Assembly: GCF_000002075.1 (NCBI RefSeq)
Contig: NW_004797686.1
Span: 461,450-525,449, forward strand
DNA: 64,000 nt
Direction: 5' to 3'
DNA from: Aplysia californica
Lineage: Eukaryota
Below are positions 58,652-64,000 of this stretch, in pieces; the first letter of the stretch is position 1, and every line of letters begins with the position of its first letter. Below the pieces are notes generated by a model, which did not search any database, was not told where the DNA came from, and was given only the letters and a program-made list of their open reading frames with translations. The translations under genes were made by a program, and so were the position numbers.

Positions 58652-59491
58652 AAATCAATTTTGAATGGTCAATCTGGATCATCGGCTGTTTTGTGTGATG
58701 ACTCAGGCTAACACATCAGCAGAGAGTTTCTCTCTTCAGTCAGTTTTCTTTTTCAGAGACTGAAGTAATTACTTGTTTACATCATTTTGAAGACACATTG
58801 TTGGCAGGTAAGCAGTTCTAGTACTTCTACAGTTTTAGGTGTTTGAAAATAGTTTGATCAGGCTGAAGCAGCATCAGCAGACCCACCCAGTGTCTGTGTT
58901 CACGGGTGTCGGTATTTATGTTTTGTGCTTCCTCTTGGCCCGTAGGTTCACAAAGACGTACTTTGATTCTTTTGAGTGTTTCTTTGTTTCAAATGTTCAA
59001 TTTGGGTTTCTTGTTAGTAAGTCAAAATTTTAACATGGATTTATGGTTTATAGGTGAAAAAATCTCTTTTTGGGGTTCGCATTTTGTCTGCTTTAGTGCT
59101 ACTGTAGCAAGCCATTTCTGCTGGAAAACCGTTTTTGTTTGTATTTAGTCGTCACAGATCGTCACATTTGTTTTCACTGTGATATCTTGCTGCCCTGGGC
59201 AGTGGGCATTTGGTTGTAGTTTATAGAAAGTGTCTGTGTGTCTGCCTAGAAGTTTATGCAATCATCTTTATGGAAGTACAGAACTGGTAGATGAGAACTG
59301 TGGCAGTACACTAAAGGGGCCTGGTAAGTGTGCCATGAAACCATGAAAGAAGCAAAAAGTATTTGTGTGTGTGAGTGGAATAGAGAGAGAGAAGGAGCTG
59401 TGTGTTTGGAAAGATTGCACATGCGTAAGAAATATAAAAAATAGCCTTTGTAAATTGTTTGACTGTACTTGTATTATTTACATGTATGTGT

Positions 59492-59497
59492 AATAAA
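59492..59497 (+). promoter_or_regulatory. Putative BMS1 poly(A) signal
   Basis: AATAAA ~1.3 kb after the stop, followed by GT-rich sequence. Confidence 0.5.
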
Positions 59498-61209
59498 GAG
59501 TGAGTCACTGTTTCTGCTGAGTGGATTTGTCATTTTATGAGAAATTCAAAGTTGTGTCCATGTCATCGCCTCTATCTGGGTTTTTCCAGGAAAACTGGTG
59601 TTTATGTGTGTATGTGCACACCTTTTAAGTCAAATGTTATCTCAAATCAGTTAAATGTTGGTCTTTGCGGGTTTTAAAAAATGAGTTACTCCGCTACTGA
59701 CAAATGATGTCTTAATCAAAAAGCTGTGGTTACTCAAGTCTCAGGATAACAATTTGATTTTTTAAAATGTCTGGTAAGAGACTTGAATATGGTACACCTG
59801 TTAATGAAAATGAGAAAAGTTACAAAACCAGCTACTGCTATCTGATTAAAAACATAACTTTGTCAAGTTATTAGGTCAAGATGCATCATTCATGCATTTA
59901 TTTGCTTCTCCCATACAAAGAAATCTCCCTATTTTATTTAGCTGAGTGTCTATGATAAGAAACTCTCTTGGTGTAAGCTATGGTGTTGCTTCCTATTCTA
60001 TTTTTCTGTACAACAATGTACAGCTGACTCCACTAGTGTAGACCTACTTGAGTTGATCTCCAGGCTTCAATTGATCTTTTTTAGGGGGTCCTAGCACTTT
60101 TTCCTAACAGGTTGCAACGGTTGAGTTGAACTTCAAATGAGTTGATATTTTTTTCACTCCCCGAAGACATCAACTCATTCTTAATCAACTGTTTTTCCCT
60201 TGACATGAAGAAATGATACCTTAATAAGTGTTGCTTTAATTTGCTGCTCAGCTGATATAGGATTGGGAAAGTGGACATGTGTGTGGACTTGTAGGATTTG
60301 AATCTTGTTAATTTTCTAGAAAGGACTTTCCCAGCTCTTTGTCCTAGGGTGTCAGATACTGTATGGTATGTGCATCTATCTATACCTGCTCCCTTGACTC
60401 ATTGTTTGGGTGAGTTGCTGTGATTGAACACAGATTAGGCACATAAACAGAGCCTCATGTTCTATGTTGCATTAGTGTGAGCAATGTGCAGAAGTGCAAC
60501 ATGTACTTGTAAGTCACTTGTATACCTTGCGTTGTTTTCATATCTTTGAGTTAAGATTTTCACCCTGCTTGATACAATGTAGACTGAGAAATATGGTAAT
60601 GTCCGTCTCCATTTACAATGCTAGAAACAAGCCAACAACTTGCTCTAAGAATTCAAACCATGGATGTTGTCAAGTGTCTTCGCTAGTAGTGTGTGAATAA
60701 TCCCTGGAAAACCCTTTTTCAGATTTTGTGAATTGAATTCTCGTTAGTGTTGTGTTATGCTTGTGCTATATTTTTTTTTTTAAGAGGCATTTTAATTTAC
60801 ACACAGAATGTGTTTCGAATGAGTGATCATGGCCAAATGTCATCTAGTAAGGTGCAGTTCCAATCAAAGGCACATTTTGTACTTTTTTTACCCTGAAATC
60901 GGTTTTCATGGCCCCTTGTTACAACCATTTTCTGTGAGACAAAGTTGGCTGCTTTAAAGGTTCGCCCACTAGAGTTTGTAGTAGCCTACTTGTAGTCAAA
61001 GCGGGTTTTCAAAGAGTGGAAAGTAATGGGCGCTCTAACCCAAGTTGTGAGAGGTAAAATGCGCACAGGTGTGGTGAGGTCATGAGTACAATGACGAATA
61101 GAAGTGATACGCATGGTGCCAAGTGCCAATTTGACACGATGAGCAAACAAAAATTGATGTTTGTTCCTGTGAGTTAATGAGTAATAGCCAGAGGAGATCT
61201 TTGCCCCCC

Positions 61210-61787
61210 NNNNNNNNNNNNNNNNNNNNNNNNNNNNNNNNNNNNNNNNNNNNNNNNNNNNNNNNNNNNNNNNNNNNNNNNNNNNNNNNNNNNNNNNNNN
61301 NNNNNNNNNNNNNNNNNNNNNNNNNNNNNNNNNNNNNNNNNNNNNNNNNNNNNNNNNNNNNNNNNNNNNNNNNNNNNNNNNNNNNNNNNNNNNNNNNNNN
61401 NNNNNNNNNNNNNNNNNNNNNNNNNNNNNNNNNNNNNNNNNNNNNNNNNNNNNNNNNNNNNNNNNNNNNNNNNNNNNNNNNNNNNNNNNNNNNNNNNNNN
61501 NNNNNNNNNNNNNNNNNNNNNNNNNNNNNNNNNNNNNNNNNNNNNNNNNNNNNNNNNNNNNNNNNNNNNNNNNNNNNNNNNNNNNNNNNNNNNNNNNNNN
61601 NNNNNNNNNNNNNNNNNNNNNNNNNNNNNNNNNNNNNNNNNNNNNNNNNNNNNNNNNNNNNNNNNNNNNNNNNNNNNNNNNNNNNNNNNNNNNNNNNNNN
61701 NNNNNNNNNNNNNNNNNNNNNNNNNNNNNNNNNNNNNNNNNNNNNNNNNNNNNNNNNNNNNNNNNNNNNNNNNNNNNNNNNNNNNNN
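61210..61787. other. Assembly gap (578 N)
   Basis: N run. Confidence 1.
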
Positions 61788-61859
61788 GAGCGAACCAGTT
61801 CCTGTTCTGGTTTTTAGCTTCCGGTATACATATGTACACGTATACAGATAGCGGTTTTG

Positions 61860-62550
61860 ATTATTTTAGAGCCAAGATTGAGACATATTGGAAAACAACC
61901 CCAGAGATTATCATTAAACGGAGATCTGAGACCAATCGCAATATCAAATTGAAAAGGGTGACATTTTCCTGGAAAGTGCATGTACAAATACAATGCAAAT
62001 TAAACATAAACATTCTAAGAGTAAGAAGCAGCATGTTCCCCACTGAAATCATACGGATGTGAAGCATGGGCCATCAATGAAGAAGACAAAAGCAGGATTA
62101 CAGCTTTCGAAATGGAATTATCATGTATGTTATTGAGAGCTCTAATAATACCCTGGACGCAGAAAACTAAGAGGAAGATGTACTCAGAAAATAGGTAGGC
62201 TACTGTATAGAAAAACCAACACTCCTCCATAATTCCAGGTAGTATTTTTTTTTCAGGAAATATTTCTAGACACCCTAAAAGTAATGAAACAAACTGAACT
62301 ACTTAGGCTTTCCAAACGCCATTAATCACTCGAGGAACATATTCAATTCTGGAAGCAAAGGTTGAAGGCAAGAGAGGAAGGGAGACCTAACAGAAGATAG
62401 GAACAGCACAGAAACCTAGCCTGGTGCTAAAACAACACAGGCAGGCAAAATGGCAAGAGACTCTTATTCCAGAAAGGTCAGAGAAGCAACAACCACCTTC
62501 AGTCAACAAACCTCGTTGAACCGCCACCCTTGGGACGAGCATGACGGAAC
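61860..62550 (+). mobile_element. Decayed RTE (BovB-like) LINE 3' region
   Basis: YGCEAWAINEEDKSRITAFEM...IPWTQK and ILEAKVEGKRGR remnants with stops and frameshifts. Confidence 0.75.
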
Positions 62551-63125
62551 AGCGGGGCTGGCGGCTCAACGGGTTTCATCTGCTACTGTATAGTACCGTC
62601 TGCCCTACGTCAAGTTACATGATTCTGTTGTGCGATCTGTGTTTGAAGAAAATGTTTTTTGTTCGTGGTGTACATGCACACGTATTCAGATCCGAGAGCC
62701 TTCTCTTCTCTCTATCTCTATGTCTTTTTGTGGGAGAAAGACAATCAAAAAGCCAACCAGCGGGTGTTGTGTGCAGTGCGTCCCTCTGGTGGTCAGTTCG
62801 TGGGCAATATGACGGGGCAAATCTATATTACAGTATAGTATAGAGACATCATAAAGACCATACAACTCAGACAGTTGACGGATGGTGGTATGAAAGCAAT
62901 GCATAAATGATAAATACTCAGTTTATAATAATATACTACGAGGTTTGACTGTACTGTAAAAGCTAAAAAGATACACGTAAAACGAGGGGCCATAGATAGG
63001 GATAAACTTGAAGTTTGGCATCAAGGGGCACTTGTAAAAAAGGGACAAATTGACTAAGCCATTCAGGTAGATACCCACTTCACCGCAGTTGTACCTGTAT
63101 CTGCACCCTCATCAACACAACATAG

Positions 63126-63332
63126 ATCATTTAGGAGGCAGGCTGCTTGGACCCCACCTTTCAGGGTCAACCGGGGTTAAGTTTTGCGAGAGGGGTGCAA
63201 CATCCCACCCAGCTGTCGGAGAGGGATAGCAGATTATTAAAATCACAACAACCAAATCCTCCCGAAGTGAGAATCGAACTTATGTCTTCTGCGTGCGACG
63301 GTAAAGTTCCTAACCGTTACACCACAGATGCT
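63126..63332 (-). mobile_element. tRNA-derived SINE copy
   Basis: Minus strand GCATCTGTGGTGTAACGGTTAGG...AGTTCGATTC; same family as 12428. Confidence 0.68.
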
Positions 63333-64000
63333 GCTTCACCATATGTTGACAATGCAAGTGCAAGCCCTTAGAATGATAAGATTCAAACTTTTCGCGAGAA
63401 GTGAGTCACACATTACCGACACAGATACCCTGCACATAATGTCAAAAGATCGAATCAAGCTGGCCTGTCTGTATTCTTTTCGGCTTGACGCTTAACAAGT
63501 AAGGTGTGAAAATGTTTCAGCTTTAAGAGTGAATCTGTGAATCCCATTTTCTCAAAACTAAGCGTCATGGAGTTAAAACCCTAAAGAGTGCAATAACAAC
63601 TTCAGTCTGCTACCCTTGAGATCAATCGAAAGAACGAGGAATCTCAAGAAAATCTCTGCCCATAAATGCTGTCGCTGTCAGTAAAAGTAGGCTACATTTC
63701 TGTACTCGTACATTTCCGACCGCCCCCAACCCCTCCTCTAAAATTACGAGTCAAAAGTTTCTTTCGCACTTTATGACGTAAGCCCACTACCACACTACGA
63801 CTTCGTAAATGAAATTCTGTCTATTGACCTGCATGTACTTATCTTATCAAAGTTGTTGGAGCTCAGGAAATTCTGAAGGCTGACTACGCCTGGCCAAGTT
63901 TATGCTATAAAAACAAGGGCTCTATCTGAGTTGGAACAGCGTCATTGACACCTTGCCTCAAGGCAGGCACAAGCTTCAGTCTCGTTGGGTTGTTTTAAAA

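Noticed and set aside
58695-58765. C/D box snoRNA-like GTGATGA...CTGA
   Set aside because: It lies in the 3' UTR rather than an intron, has no terminal stem and shows no recognisable rRNA guide.
61174-61851. 221/224-aa ORFs, and similar ORFs at 17402-17671 and 30777-31143
   Set aside because: Artefacts of N-gap translation.

Overview
AT-rich, repeat-rich animal genomic DNA with GT-AG introns, probably a lophotrochozoan (mollusc-like; this is an inference from gene and repeat style). It has three N-gaps. Three protein-coding genes are supported. (1) An intronless ~1064-aa coiled-coil ORF of unknown function (6721-9915, +). (2) A 3-exon GPI-anchored Ly6/uPAR gene resembling Drosophila boudin (29879-22288, -). 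(3) A 23-coding-exon BMS1 ribosome-biogenesis GTPase (30527-58172, +; 1116 aa, all intron phases consistent). BMS1 and the Ly6 gene are head-to-head, with start codons ~650 bp apart. The rest is a dense patchwork of non-autonomous DNA transposons (Tc1/mariner, hAT, piggyBac-, Harbinger- and Mutator-like), tRNA-derived SINEs, RTE/L2/I-like LINE ends, minisatellites and (TCTAGA)n tracts. The best leads are: hAT-like elements with 6-bp target duplications; inverted MITE copies bracketing BMS1 exons 2-18 (possible circRNA/dsRNA); a MITE just after the BMS1 stop codon; a possible overlapping bidirectional promoter; and the orphan coiled-coil gene. I found no clearly novel multi-gene system.
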